The notes below the pieces were generated by a model. That model saw only the letters and a list, made by a program, of their open reading frames with translations, was not told where the DNA came from and ran no database searches. From Limisphaerales bacterium (GTDB lineage Bacteria; Verrucomicrobiota; Verrucomicrobiia; Limisphaerales; SIBE01), in NCBI GenBank assembly GCA_044225505.1, contig JBGAIN010000024.1, positions 52,351 to 72,350 of the forward strand: a stretch of 20,000 nucleotides of DNA, read 5' to 3'. This document shows, piece after piece, positions 1 to 9,910 of this stretch. Made by a program: the position numbers and the translations under genes. The number at the start of each line of letters is the position of its first letter. Position 1 is the stretch's first letter.

Positions 1-1101
1 CCCGATGAAGCGAGTCGCCTGGCCTTGGCTCAGAAAGTGATGGCCATTTTCAAAGAAACGCGCGGCGTCGTTGATGCCGATTGGTACGTGGAAGCGGACC
101 AGCCAGAGACACGCTTCGTCATCGACAAGGAGAAAGCTGCCTTGAGCGGGATCAGCGCCGAGACGATCGCTGAAACCCTGCGCCTGGCCGTCGGCAGCTC
201 CGCGATCGATTTGCTCCATGACCCTCGCGAGAAGGAAGATGTGAACATCGTCTTGCACTTGCCGCGCGCGCTACGCAGCACGCCCGAGTCTCTGCTCGGC
301 TTGCGCGTGCGTTCGAGCCGCGACTCGTCCGGGCCGCTCGTGCCCCTGCGCGAGTTGGTTCGCGTCGAGACCACCACCGTGGACAAGAGCATTTATCACA
401 AGAACCTGATGCCGGTGACCTACGTGATTGGCGATGTTGCGGGGGTCGTCGAAAGCCCGGTCTACGCCATTCTCCAAATGAACCAGGCGCTGGCCAAATT
501 GGATACGCGTGCCTTCGGTGGGAATGGGGCGCCGTTCAAGATCTATAACGCCGCTCAGCCGTTCACGGATCACCAGCCTTCCATGAAATGGGACGGAGAA
601 TGGCACATCACGATTGAAGTGTTCCGCGACCTGGGCACGGCCTTCGCCGCCGTCCTGGTCCTGATCTTCGTCCTGATGGTCGGTTGGTTCCGTTCTTTCG
701 TCACGCCGCTGGTTGTCATGATGGCGATACCCTTTTCCCTGGTCGGCATTTTGCCGGCGCACGGGTTGATGGGCGCTTTCTTCACGGCGACGTCAATGAT
801 CGGGTTTATGGCCGGCGCGGGCATTGTCGTCCGCAACTCCATCATCCTGGTGGATTTTATCGAGCAACGGGTCGCTGAGGGAATGCCTTTAAGCGAAGCG
901 GTCGTCGATGCGGGCGCGGTCCGGTTCCGTCCCATGTTGCTCACCGCGCTCGCGGTGGTCGTGGGTGCTGCGGTGATTCTGGCGGACCCGATCTTTCAAG
1001 GGTTGGCCATTTCGTTGATGGCGGGCGAAATCGCGTCGCTCCTTATCAGCCGCATGGCGGTGCCCGTTCTTTACTTTATGACGCGGCGTCAACGCGCGTA
1101 A
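1..1101 (+). CDS. AcrB/AcrD/AcrF-family RND efflux permease, C-terminal part (gene starts upstream of the window)
   Basis: Frame is open from base 1. C-terminal TM block has RND motifs: '[14 protein letters not shown]', '[13 protein letters not shown]', '[11 protein letters not shown]', '[14 protein letters not shown]'. Confidence 0.93.
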   Translation, partial: PDEASRLALAQKVMAIFKETRGVVDADWYVEADQPETRFVIDKEKAALSGISAETIAETLRLAVGSSAIDLLHDPREKEDVNIVLHLPRALRSTPESLLGLRVRSSRDSSGPLVPLRELVRVETTTVDKSIYHKNLMPVTYVIGDVAGVVESPVYAILQMNQALAKLDTRAFGGNGAPFKIYNAAQPFTDHQPSMKWDGEWHITIEVFRDLGTAFAAVLVLIFVLMVGWFRSFVTPLVVMMAIPFSLVGILPAHGLMGAFFTATSMIGFMAGAGIVVRNSIILVDFIEQRVAEGMPLSEAVVDAGAVRFRPMLLTALAVVVGAAVILADPIFQGLAISLMAGEIASLLISRMAVPVLYFMTRRQRA

Positions 1102-1649
1102 GCGAGGCAAGTCTTTACGCCCGTGTTGCCCGGGCGATCCTTGGCTGTCGCTTGAATGGTCACGGTCTGACCGGCGCTCACATGGGTGGTCGCCACATAC
1201 ACCCAGTCGGTTCCGTCGGCCTGCGCGAGCCCTTCCTCAATCAGTTGCCCGGTCATGGACGTGATTCGCACCGATAATTGCGAGATCCCCGTATCGTCGC
1301 TGGCCGCTACCCGAATTGATTGTCCCACCCGACCGGCGTATTGGCTGGCATCGATTTCGTTCACCACCGGCGAATTCATAAAGTCGCGCACCGCTTTCTG
1401 ATAGGCACCCAGGCTCGGTTCGTGCGGCAACGCGAAATAGAACGCCTTCTTTTCGGGATTCTCGAGGACCGATCGCCAATAGGCAGCGGCCGCTTTGACC
1501 CGAGTCGGTTGCCGGTTCTGGCCGGGTTTGCGCCGGGCTTTTTTGGCTTGTTTCCGAATGACCTGTCGGTCCCCCATGCGTACGTAGGTGAGACCGGCGA
1601 TGGTCCCGCTGATAGCAACCATGTGAGGGGCGAGTTTAGCTGTAGCCAT
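1089..1649 (-). CDS. Hypothetical protein with basic N-terminal half and Ig-like/beta-rich C-terminal half
   Basis: 186-aa ORF with ATG start, convergent with the RND gene and preceded by an AT-rich region. C-terminus '[13 protein letters not shown]' resembles bacterial Ig-like domain ends. Confidence 0.7.
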   Translation of the reverse strand: MATAKLAPHMVAISGTIAGLTYVRMGDRQVIRKQAKKARRKPGQNRQPTRVKAAAAYWRSVLENPEKKAFYFALPHEPSLGAYQKAVRDFMNSPVVNEIDASQYAGRVGQSIRVAASDDTGISQLSVRITSMTGQLIEEGLAQADGTDWVYVATTHVSAGQTVTIQATAKDRPGNTGVKTCLAYAR

Positions 1650-1800
1650 AAAGACGTTTTGTTTAACCGATAGTACAACTACCGACGTTCTTCTTCCGCT
1701 AGACGACAGATATAGGATTAAAGTTACACCATAATTTCACTAAGAAAGAATACTGTAAACATAGTGGAACCATAGTGAAACGATACTTATTCAGTGCAAT
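1650..1800. promoter_or_regulatory. AT-rich divergent promoter region
   Basis: Marked AT enrichment between divergently oriented genes (1089-1649 - and 2104-4044 +). Individual promoter boxes not assigned. Confidence 0.4.
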
Positions 1801-2103
1801 ATCAGCGCGTCTGGTTCGGAACCGCGCTGGAGGGGCAACCGCACACCAAAATCTGGCCCAGCGCCATGGCGTAGTGCTTGCGCGGCAGAATCTTGGACGG
1901 TGCCCAACCTCTGGCGCTTTCCGGAAAGCGTGGGGAGTGATCCGTGCCGTCTATCCCTACCAACCCGGCGAGCTCGGGTAGGTGATCCGCTGCCCCACGT
2001 TCCAGGGAAACCCCGGTAGACGTCGATGGTCGATTTTGCCAGGGTGTTCACCCCATTGCCGCGTTTTAGTTTAGGCGGCGGCGTGGAACGACCGAACCTC
2101 AGC

Positions 2104-4044
2104 ATGACTTCTTCGCGACAGTTGAGCTGGCGTCGTCTGGTAGTGACGGCCTATGTAGGCATGGCCATTGCCGTTGGGCTAGACGCTGCCGAGCCGGCCA
2201 ACCTTCCCGACACGGTCGCGGCTTTAAAGCGGCTGCCCCTCGAAGCGCTGTTCCAGCAGGAAGTCACTTTGGTCTCGCGCCGTCCCGAGCCGCTCTTTGC
2301 TTCCCCCTCAGCAATCCAGGTGATCACGGCCGAGGATATCAACCGGTCAGGCGCTCTCAACTTGGCTGAAGCGCTCCGGCTGGCTCCCAATCTGCAAGTG
2401 GCCCAGCAAAATGCCCATGATTGGGCGATTAGCGCCCGCGGGTTCAACGGAGCGCCGCTGGGGAACAGTTCTTTGGCCGACAAGCTCCTGGTCATGATCG
2501 ATGGCCGGTCGGTTTATAGTCCGCTCTTTGGAGGCGTCTTTTGGGATGTGCAAAACGTGCTTCTGGCCAACATCGATCGGATCGAAGTGGTGAGCGGGCC
2601 AGGCGGAACATTGTGGGGGGCAAATGCCGTGAATGGGGTGATCAACGTGGTCACCAAGAGTGCGCGGGAGACGCAAGGCCTCTATGTCGCCGGCGCTGGC
2701 GGCTCGTTCTGGCAGGATTTCGGAGCGGTGCAGTACGGGGCTGGGAATGGTTCCAATCTATTCTATCGCGTTTACGGACAGCGCTTTGACCACAACAGCA
2801 CGGTGCACCCGGACGGGACAGAGGCGAACGACGCGTGGGACATGAGTCAGGGAGGCTTCCGCATGGACTATCTTCCGTCGACCGCGCACACCTTCACGCT
2901 GCAAGGGGACTTCTACAGCGGGAGCGAAGGCGATCCTCGCACGACGCGCATTGACGGCCAGAATATCCTCGGACGCTGGACGCGCACGTTCTCTTCCGAC
3001 TCGGATCTGAAGGTGCAAGCGTATTGGGACCGCACCTGGCGTCACTTATCTGATGTGCAGTTCGCGGACGACCTCAACACGCTCGATCTGGATGTCCAAC
3101 AACGGTTTGCCGCGGGTGAGCGGAACACGATCGTGTGGGGCGGCGACTACCGCCTCATGATCGATTCGGTGCGGAACAGTCCTGCCATCAGCTTCTTTCC
3201 CCGACACCGCAACTTGCAGCTGGGTAGTGCCTTTGTGCAGGACGAGATTGCGCTCCGACCGGACAGCCTGACCCTGACGCTGGGCACGAAACTGGAGCAT
3301 AACGATTTTTCCGGATTTGAACTCCAACCCAGCGCGAGGATCGCTTGGCTCCCGACCTCCAAACAGACGGTCTGGGCGGCCGTTTCGAGGGCGGTGCGCG
3401 CGCCAGCACGGTTCGACGCCGACGAGGTTAGCCCGTCCATCGTCACGCCGGGACATGACTTTGCGTCCGAGAAGGTGCTGGCTTATGAATTGGGCTATCG
3501 GCTGCGGCCGATCAAATCGCTCTCCCTCTCGCTGGCTGGGTTCTTCAATCAATATGACGAGTTGCGAAGCCTGAATTTGAACGAAACGCCGCCGCCGGTG
3601 CTGGTCTTTTCGAATGATCAAAAAGCGGAAACCTGGGGAATCGAACTTTCGGGCGAGGTTCAGGTAGTGGAAGGATGGCGAATGCGGGCTGGTTATACCT
3701 ACCTGCACGAGCACATTCGCGCGACCGATGCGGCGGTGCTGCCCGGAAGCGTGACGATCGAAGCAAACGACCCGCAACACCAATTCCTGGTGCAATCCAT
3801 GCTGGACCTACCCGGGCACTTCCGTTTCGACACGGTGGCGCGCTATGTGGATGCGCTGCCCGGCACGGCGGTGCCTTCGCCGCGGATCCCCGCTTACCTG
3901 ACCGTCGATGCGCGCCTGGCTTGGGAATTCAAAGGGGTGGAGTTGTCGTTAGTGGGCCAAAACCTGGCGGACAACCAGCATCCGGAGTTCTCCAGTCTTG
4001 AAATCCCTCGCAGCGTCTACGGCAAGATCACCTGGCGCTTTTGA
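2104..4044 (+). CDS. TonB-dependent outer-membrane receptor (plug + beta-barrel)
   Basis: Plug motifs 'VITAEDINRSGALNLAEALRLAPNL', 'LLVMIDGRSVY', 'IDRIEVVSGPGGTLWGANAVNGVINVVTK'. C-terminus 'PRSVYGKITWRF' ends in Phe. Start uncertain (2026, 2104 or 2161). Confidence 0.93.
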   Translation: MTSSRQLSWRRLVVTAYVGMAIAVGLDAAEPANLPDTVAALKRLPLEALFQQEVTLVSRRPEPLFASPSAIQVITAEDINRSGALNLAEALRLAPNLQVAQQNAHDWAISARGFNGAPLGNSSLADKLLVMIDGRSVYSPLFGGVFWDVQNVLLANIDRIEVVSGPGGTLWGANAVNGVINVVTKSARETQGLYVAGAGGSFWQDFGAVQYGAGNGSNLFYRVYGQRFDHNSTVHPDGTEANDAWDMSQGGFRMDYLPSTAHTFTLQGDFYSGSEGDPRTTRIDGQNILGRWTRTFSSDSDLKVQAYWDRTWRHLSDVQFADDLNTLDLDVQQRFAAGERNTIVWGGDYRLMIDSVRNSPAISFFPRHRNLQLGSAFVQDEIALRPDSLTLTLGTKLEHNDFSGFELQPSARIAWLPTSKQTVWAAVSRAVRAPARFDADEVSPSIVTPGHDFASEKVLAYELGYRLRPIKSLSLSLAGFFNQYDELRSLNLNETPPPVLVFSNDQKAETWGIELSGEVQVVEGWRMRAGYTYLHEHIRATDAAVLPGSVTIEANDPQHQFLVQSMLDLPGHFRFDTVARYVDALPGTAVPSPRIPAYLTVDARLAWEFKGVELSLVGQNLADNQHPEFSSLEIPRSVYGKITWRF

Positions 4045-4493
4045 ACAGGCGATAACGTCTCAAGTCCGGCGCCGTATCTGGGCAAACCGGCCATCCTGCC
4101 GCTCTTGATTTGCGCGGGCACGAATTCTCCTGCCGGACGGTCGATTGGCCTGATCCAGATACATTTGAGTGAGTTTCGACCGATCCTGGCCTCCGGAAGG
4201 GGCTCTCAGAAGCCGGGCAATACTAGCAGCAAGTTGGCGCAATGGGCGGAACACGCGGTCCAGAGTAAAAAGCGGCCGGGCAGGGGATGCAACGAGAAAG
4301 AGCAGTTCTGCTTTGATTTCTGACTGTGTCGGTTGAAGGCGGATCGATGAATTGCTCAATCGAAGTCCGCGTTCCTAATAGGCGGGGTCTGTTTGTTTGT
4401 AACCTTCCGGCACGGTCGCGGTGGAATAGGTCGGGTGGCGGAATCGCCACGAACACAAACCTGACGTTCCAACATCATTCACAAACAAACATC

Positions 4494-4964
4494 ATGAAAC
4501 TCAAAACAATCCTCTTCGCCGGCCTTTGCTTCCTCATGCTCACCCATGCTTCGCAAGCCGGTTGCCGCGTGCCTTTCATAGCCAGTTTCCACGGCTTTGC
4601 GGAGCCTGCCACGCCCACCGACGATCCGAACGTGATTGAGGTGGTGGTCCCACTGCGTGGGGTGGGAACACACATCGGCAAGTTCCGGGAGCGGTTGGTG
4701 CATCATATTAATACCCAGGATTTTTCATTTACCGGCTATGCCGATTGGACGGCCGCCAATGGGGATACCTTCAGAACGGTATTCGAGGGACACCTCATTC
4801 CGACCGACGATCCAAATGTGGTCACCTTTGAAGTCACCCATACCATCGTGAGTGGCACCGGACGATTTCGCCGAGCGACCGGCACGTTCAAAGGGATCAA
4901 CGGTCTCTACAACTTTGCCACGGGCGAGGATCAAGGCGGGTATATAGGCTTCATCTCGTTTTGA
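4494..4964 (+). CDS. Secreted hypothetical beta-rich protein with internal duplication
   Basis: Signal peptide 'MKLKTILFAGLCFLMLTHASQA'; 'PTDDPNV' occurs twice; 'GTGRFRRATG' motif. Confidence 0.8.
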   Translation: MKLKTILFAGLCFLMLTHASQAGCRVPFIASFHGFAEPATPTDDPNVIEVVVPLRGVGTHIGKFRERLVHHINTQDFSFTGYADWTAANGDTFRTVFEGHLIPTDDPNVVTFEVTHTIVSGTGRFRRATGTFKGINGLYNFATGEDQGGYIGFISF

Positions 4965-5208
4965 CCGTCTGACGAACCATCCGCTTCGGTCGCAAATCCA
5001 GGATCGCTTCGAGGCATCCTGGATGTCCCATTTCCTCGATAGGCCGGACGAATGGTGCCGAATCGTCAACTCACCGACCGCTCGTTCGGGATCCGCGTAT
5101 GGCCGCTCTCCCGGCCTCGGGAACTTCCACCTAAATGTCAGAGTCCTGCACAATCGTCTTGCCTTCCGACATATCCGAGGATGAATGATCGCCCTGCAAC
5201 TCAGGCCT

Positions 5209-8200
5209 ATGAGCTCTAACTCGGACACGATCGGCGTTTGCCAGCTCTGCGGAGCGAGTCTGCCGTCGACGACTCCAGAGGGACTCTGTCCAAAGTGTTT
5301 GCTTGCCCAAGTGCTGGCCCCCACCGAGTCCTTGCAGACTGAGATCACGGACGCGGGCGAGTCTTCAATCCCCGCATCGCCGTTTACCGGAACGCGCTTG
5401 CGCTATTTTGGCGATTACGAATTGCTTGACGAGATTGCGCGCGGCGGCATGGGGGTGGTGTTTAAAGCGCGGCAAGTCAGCCTCAATCGAGTGGTTGCCC
5501 TGAAGCTCATCAGCGCTGGCGCCCTGGCCACCACAGAGCTTGTCAAACGCTTTAAAGCTGAAGCCGAAGCGGCGGCCAGTCTTTCCCATCCGAACATAGT
5601 TCCCATTCACGAAATCGGGGAGCACCAAGGTCAGCACTTTTTCAGCATGGGCCTCGTGGAAGGCGGGGATCTTCGTGCCTTGATCGCGGATCGCCTGAAA
5701 GGAATCTCCAATCCGAGGCGGGCAGCGCAATTGGTCGCGACGACGGCGCGCGCCGTTCATTACGCCCATCAACGCGGGGTGCTTCACCGGGATATTAAGC
5801 CGAGCAATATCCTGGTCGACGCGGCTGGGGAGCCGCACCTCACGGACTTTGGTTTGGCCAAGCTGATTGCCAAGGAGAGCACGTTGACGCACACCCAGGC
5901 TATCCTTGGCACCCCGGCTTACATGGCCCCGGAGCAGGCCAGAGGCGATGCCCGGGAGGTCACGACCGCCGCCGATGTCTACGGTCTGGGAGCGGTCCTC
6001 TACGAAGCCTTAACCGGCTCCCCGCCCTTCGGCGGTGGCACCACCTTGGAGACCATTCGCCAGGTCTTGGAAGAGGAACCACGGCGTCCTTCGATCTTCA
6101 ACCCGGCGGTCGACCGGGATTTGGAGACAATTTGTCTCAAGTGTCTGGAGAAGGAACCGGCGCGACGCTACAATTCGGCGTCCGGTTTGGCCGCGGACCT
6201 GGAACGATGGCTGCGCGGCGAACCCATCATGGCCCGGCCAGCGAGCGGCCGAGAGAGGCTGTGGAAATGGGCGCGGCGGCGACCGGCGGTCGCAGCGTTA
6301 TCGGCGCTTTCGATATTCCTCCTCACGACGCTCGGGATTGCCGCAACATTGTACTCGGTCCGTCTTAGCTACGAAGCTAAGCGGCTTGAGGAACACCTTT
6401 ACGCGACCGAAATGGGCGTGGCCTTCGCGTCGTGGAATCGGGGTAATTCCACCCAGCCACGGGATCTTCTAGACAAGTATCGCCCGAAACGCGGGGGGCG
6501 GGAATTGCGCGGCTTTGAATGGTTCTACCTGGACGCACTCTGCCAGCCGCAAGAGCTTTTCACCTGTACCCCGGGCAATCAGGTTTTTGGATTGGCCTGT
6601 TCGCCCGATGGCCGTTTGGTTGCGGCGGGGCAGGCCTTTGGCGGGAGCGTGCGGTTGGTGGATCTGATCTCGCAACGAGATCTCGGCGCAATGCCCACGC
6701 CGCCGGGAAATGACGTTGCCTACTGCGTTGCCTTTGACCCAGAGGGGAGGCGCTTGCTGTCTTCAAGTATCCAGTTGAACTGCATCCGGGTGTGGGATAT
6801 GGAACGGAAAGTTCTCATCACGAATCTGGTCCACTCGCTGAACACGCTCTCGGCTGCGTTCAGCTCGGATGGGCAATGGATCGTTTCCAGTGCTTATCCC
6901 GCTATCCCAGCCAACGAGGCGGTGAACGTCGGCCTGTACGATCGGCATCGTCCCGGAGAATTGATCCTTTGGTCCGGCCAAACTTATGAGAGGCTGTTTC
7001 AGTTCCCCGAGACGACCGCGGCCTGGGAGACCGTTTTCTCAGCGGATAACCGTTGGTTAGCCACGGCCCATGCCGACGGCACGATCGCGCTCTGGGACAT
7101 GTCGACTCGAAAACTTGTCCGCTCGGTCAAGGCGCACGGCGATATCGTATCGGCCTTGGCATTCTCTCGTGACGGCCGCTGGCTGGCGAGCGGGTCTTTG
7201 GATCAGAAAATTTCGTTATGGAGCGTGCCCGATTTTCATGAGGAACCGTTAGGCTGGCAAGACCGCGTCGATTCGGTAGCCTTTTCCCGCGATGGTCAGT
7301 GGCTGGCTTCCAGTGCGCGGGACGCCACCATCAAACTTTGGAATCTGACCGTTCGCAACGCCGCCCCGACCGTTTTGCGAGGCCATAACGGCCGGATTTG
7401 GACGATCCAATTCACACCCGACGGCGAACGCCTCGTCTCCGGCAGCATCGACGGAACGATCAAACTCTGGGATTGGAAACGGTTGATCGACCAGGGGCGG
7501 CGCCCTGTCGAAACGGCGTTGGGCTTGAACTTCTCTACCAACGGCCAGCGCAACCTGAGTGAAACGGCAGAGAGGACTTTCGTTCGGGCCACCGCTTCAG
7601 AACAGGTCATTACGAATCTGCCGATCAGCAGTGCGGTTTATTCTCCAGATGGCCGCACGATTGTGGGGCTGAACGAAAACGCCCTCGAAGTCTATGATCA
7701 GGCGAGTTTTCAGCGCCTGGAGAGGATTGCCTTGGAGCGGCCGTTGGCTCCGCCTCTGCAGCTCTCACCTAAAGGAGACGCGTTGCTGGCACCGCGGCGC
7801 GGCGTTCCTGTCATTGAAATCCGCAATCCGAACCACGGATGGGCTCTGGAAGGAGAATGGGCAGCCGCGACCAACAAGGATGAATTGACGAGCTTCGACA
7901 TCTCTTCGGACGGACGCTACGCCGCCGCGCGGGCTGGGTTTCAAACCGTGGCTCTGTTCGACCTGCAACAGAAGCACTCGGGTCCCGTGTTGCAGCGACC
8001 GGACTTGAACGTGTCGCCCCTGGAAAGCTCCATCGTCTGGATCCCGCGCTCGCACCTGGTCGGCATCGGCAGCGCCAATGCCATCGTGCATTTATGGGAC
8101 GTGGACACGGGCGAAGTCCGTCTCCTGAAACTCGATGGCGGAAATGCCTGGGCTCTGGCGGCGTCTTGGGACGGCAAAACCCTGGCGGTGGGAACGCAAG

Positions 8201-8370
8201 ATGGGGTGATCAAACTGGTGAATGTGGCGGCATGGCGGGATATGGCGACTTTGAAAGGGCACCTCACCAACATTCAGCGCCTTTCATTTTCGCCTGACGG
8301 CCACATGTTACTCTCGACCGGGGGGGAGGGGCCGCGCCGCTGGAATGCTTCGATCTCGACCGACCTGTGA
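5209..8370 (+). CDS. Ser/Thr protein kinase: N-terminal Cys knuckle, kinase domain, TM helix, WD40 repeats
   Basis: CQLC...[37 protein letters not shown]; hydrophobic segment '[23 protein letters not shown]'; many 'H...FSxDG.WLASGS.D..I.LW' WD40 repeats. Start 5185 or 5209. Confidence 0.95.
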   Translation: MSSNSDTIGVCQLCGASLPSTTPEGLCPKCLLAQVLAPTESLQTEITDAGESSIPASPFTGTRLRYFGDYELLDEIARGGMGVVFKARQVSLNRVVALKLISAGALATTELVKRFKAEAEAAASLSHPNIVPIHEIGEHQGQHFFSMGLVEGGDLRALIADRLKGISNPRRAAQLVATTARAVHYAHQRGVLHRDIKPSNILVDAAGEPHLTDFGLAKLIAKESTLTHTQAILGTPAYMAPEQARGDAREVTTAADVYGLGAVLYEALTGSPPFGGGTTLETIRQVLEEEPRRPSIFNPAVDRDLETICLKCLEKEPARRYNSASGLAADLERWLRGEPIMARPASGRERLWKWARRRPAVAALSALSIFLLTTLGIAATLYSVRLSYEAKRLEEHLYATEMGVAFASWNRGNSTQPRDLLDKYRPKRGGRELRGFEWFYLDALCQPQELFTCTPGNQVFGLACSPDGRLVAAGQAFGGSVRLVDLISQRDLGAMPTPPGNDVAYCVAFDPEGRRLLSSSIQLNCIRVWDMERKVLITNLVHSLNTLSAAFSSDGQWIVSSAYPAIPANEAVNVGLYDRHRPGELILWSGQTYERLFQFPETTAAWETVFSADNRWLATAHADGTIALWDMSTRKLVRSVKAHGDIVSALAFSRDGRWLASGSLDQKISLWSVPDFHEEPLGWQDRVDSVAFSRDGQWLASSARDATIKLWNLTVRNAAPTVLRGHNGRIWTIQFTPDGERLVSGSIDGTIKLWDWKRLIDQGRRPVETALGLNFSTNGQRNLSETAERTFVRATASEQVITNLPISSAVYSPDGRTIVGLNENALEVYDQASFQRLERIALERPLAPPLQLSPKGDALLAPRRGVPVIEIRNPNHGWALEGEWAAATNKDELTSFDISSDGRYAAARAGFQTVALFDLQQKHSGPVLQRPDLNVSPLESSIVWIPRSHLVGIGSANAIVHLWDVDTGEVRLLKLDGGNAWALAASWDGKTLAVGTQDGVIKLVNVAAWRDMATLKGHLTNIQRLSFSPDGHMLLSTGGEGPRRWNASISTDL

Positions 8371-8505
8371 AACCTCGGGGCCGGACTCATCTAACGGGAT
8401 CCCGAAGCCATGGGTCGCCTGCCCGCTGCTCTGCCTTGTTCTATTCCGATTGAAGATTATTAAGCTCTGGCGTGATGATCAGCGGTTAGCGGAATCGAAG
8501 TAGGG

Positions 8506-8919
8506 ATGATTGGACTGACAAATCCTCTTCGGAGTCTGCTCGCAGTGGGGAGCGGCATGCTTTTGATGTTTGTGTGTGCCTTCCTCTTTGACCACCTCGC
8601 GCAGCTGCCGAGTCCAGTGGCTCAGGCCGTTGCGGGGAACAACCCCTATTTGGGCATGATCCTTTCTGCAGCGGCCGGATTTGGCGTGGCCCGAATCGCT
8701 CCCGACCGACGATTCGCACATGCGCTCGGACTGGTGGTCTTGTTCTGTGGAATATGCGCGGTGCAGTCATTGAACCGGATGTCTGCAGCCCCGTGGTGGA
8801 CGATTGTCTTTGGCCAAGTGCTTCCAGTTCTTGCTTGCGGTTTGGCGATTGGGGCGGGCGGTTGGCTGGGTAAATGCCACGCGGAGCTTGGAGAGCTTCG
8901 AATGGCCAACGCGCCTTAG
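8506..8919 (+). CDS. Hypothetical membrane protein (~4 TM helices)
   Basis: 137-aa ORF with four hydrophobic stretches and a purine-rich sequence (GTAGGG) just before the ATG. Confidence 0.65.
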   Translation: MIGLTNPLRSLLAVGSGMLLMFVCAFLFDHLAQLPSPVAQAVAGNNPYLGMILSAAAGFGVARIAPDRRFAHALGLVVLFCGICAVQSLNRMSAAPWWTIVFGQVLPVLACGLAIGAGGWLGKCHAELGELRMANAP

Positions 8920-9224
8920 CGCCCGCCAGGATTCCAGTGGAACAACCTCGCTGACAGAGGACGGCGTGCCGGGTGCGGCGATGGGATTGCGCACGCTCCA
9001 GCGCACATCCTGAAAAAACACACGGCCGTCGTTCAACGCCGCGTGAGCCGGAACTCTGGGGGACAGGTGAGCTGCCTCAATTCGAAGACAAATCACTTGC
9101 ATCCAGGAACAATGTCCGTCAATACACCCACGGGCTGTCTGGTGAAAGGCTCTCGACGGGTCAGGATGAGCAGGGCACGTTACCAGATCGGCCTGCTCGA
9201 CTAGTCGCCGTCCGGATGTATGCC

Positions 9225-9833
9225 ATGAACAATCTCATTAGTCTTGCTGGAACTGCCTGCCTACTCGTGACCGTTCCTGTCGGCCATGGTGCGGATCCGG
9301 TGTCAACCGTGGTGCCAATCCGAACCAACGCGACGGCTAACATTGGCGTGGGGTTTCGGAACGTCTATGCCACCGCTTCGAAAGAACAAGCTCAGGCTAA
9401 AATTGCCCGATTCCGCAAGGCGGCCACGCCGGTCACCTTCCAGGAATTTCTGGGTCAGCCGGTTTCGAGTATCTCGATTGTTTCGTGCCATGGGGACCCA
9501 GGGCAAGGTGCTGAATTGGTTCGCGACCTGCTTGATTCCGTCATTGTGCGACCAGGGAATCGGGGCGGTCCGACCCTGGAGGGTCCGCCGTGGGCCGAGG
9601 TGACCTCGATCACCGTGACGGCTTTCTTGCAGTATGGCAACGGTCGGGGGGGTGTCCTCGAGAGCAATGGAACTCATTTGTTCTTCCAGGACGGTGACGG
9701 CACGTGTTGGTGGCACCGTTGGGATGCGATGTTTCCCAGGGAATTGCGCCAGCCTGGGGGGGCAGCAGGCCAAGATCCACCAGTGGCTCCAAAGACCGAT
9801 CGAACCGCACCAACGCCGGGCTCCGCGCGCTGA
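9225..9833 (+). CDS. Hypothetical exported protein, probable former integron cassette gene
   Basis: Signal-like start 'MNNLISLAGTACLLVTVPVGHG'. C-terminal tail reads into an attC-like sequence. Start 9219 or 9225. Confidence 0.6.
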   Translation: MNNLISLAGTACLLVTVPVGHGADPVSTVVPIRTNATANIGVGFRNVYATASKEQAQAKIARFRKAATPVTFQEFLGQPVSSISIVSCHGDPGQGAELVRDLLDSVIVRPGNRGGPTLEGPPWAEVTSITVTAFLQYGNGRGGVLESNGTHLFFQDGDGTCWWHRWDAMFPRELRQPGGAAGQDPPVAPKTDRTAPTPGSAR

Positions 9834-9848
9834 CCGTATCGGTTCACC
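9746..9848 (+). other. Degenerate attC-like site
   Basis: GCGCCAGC (R''-like, AAC>AGC) ... GGGGCAGC (L''-like) ... GCTGACC (L'-like) ... GTTCACC (R'-like). Same layout as the attC sites downstream. Confidence 0.4.
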
Positions 9849-9910
9849 GTAGAATCACCTAGCGCAGCGGACGCTGAAATCGAGTGGCTGAAATCTGTCC
9901 TCCGCCAGTC

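Noticed and set aside
4060..4359. 99-aa minus-strand ORF
   Set aside because: Non-ATG start, no motifs, opposite to flanking genes; probably intergenic.
8389..8491. Possible attC (ATCTAAC ... GTTAGCG) before the membrane protein gene
   Set aside because: Terminal boxes fit but inner arms pair poorly; not supportable by eye.
8973..9224. Long N-terminal extension of the 286-aa ORF
   Set aside because: A signal-peptide-like start at 9219/9225 is more plausible; the upstream part looks non-coding.
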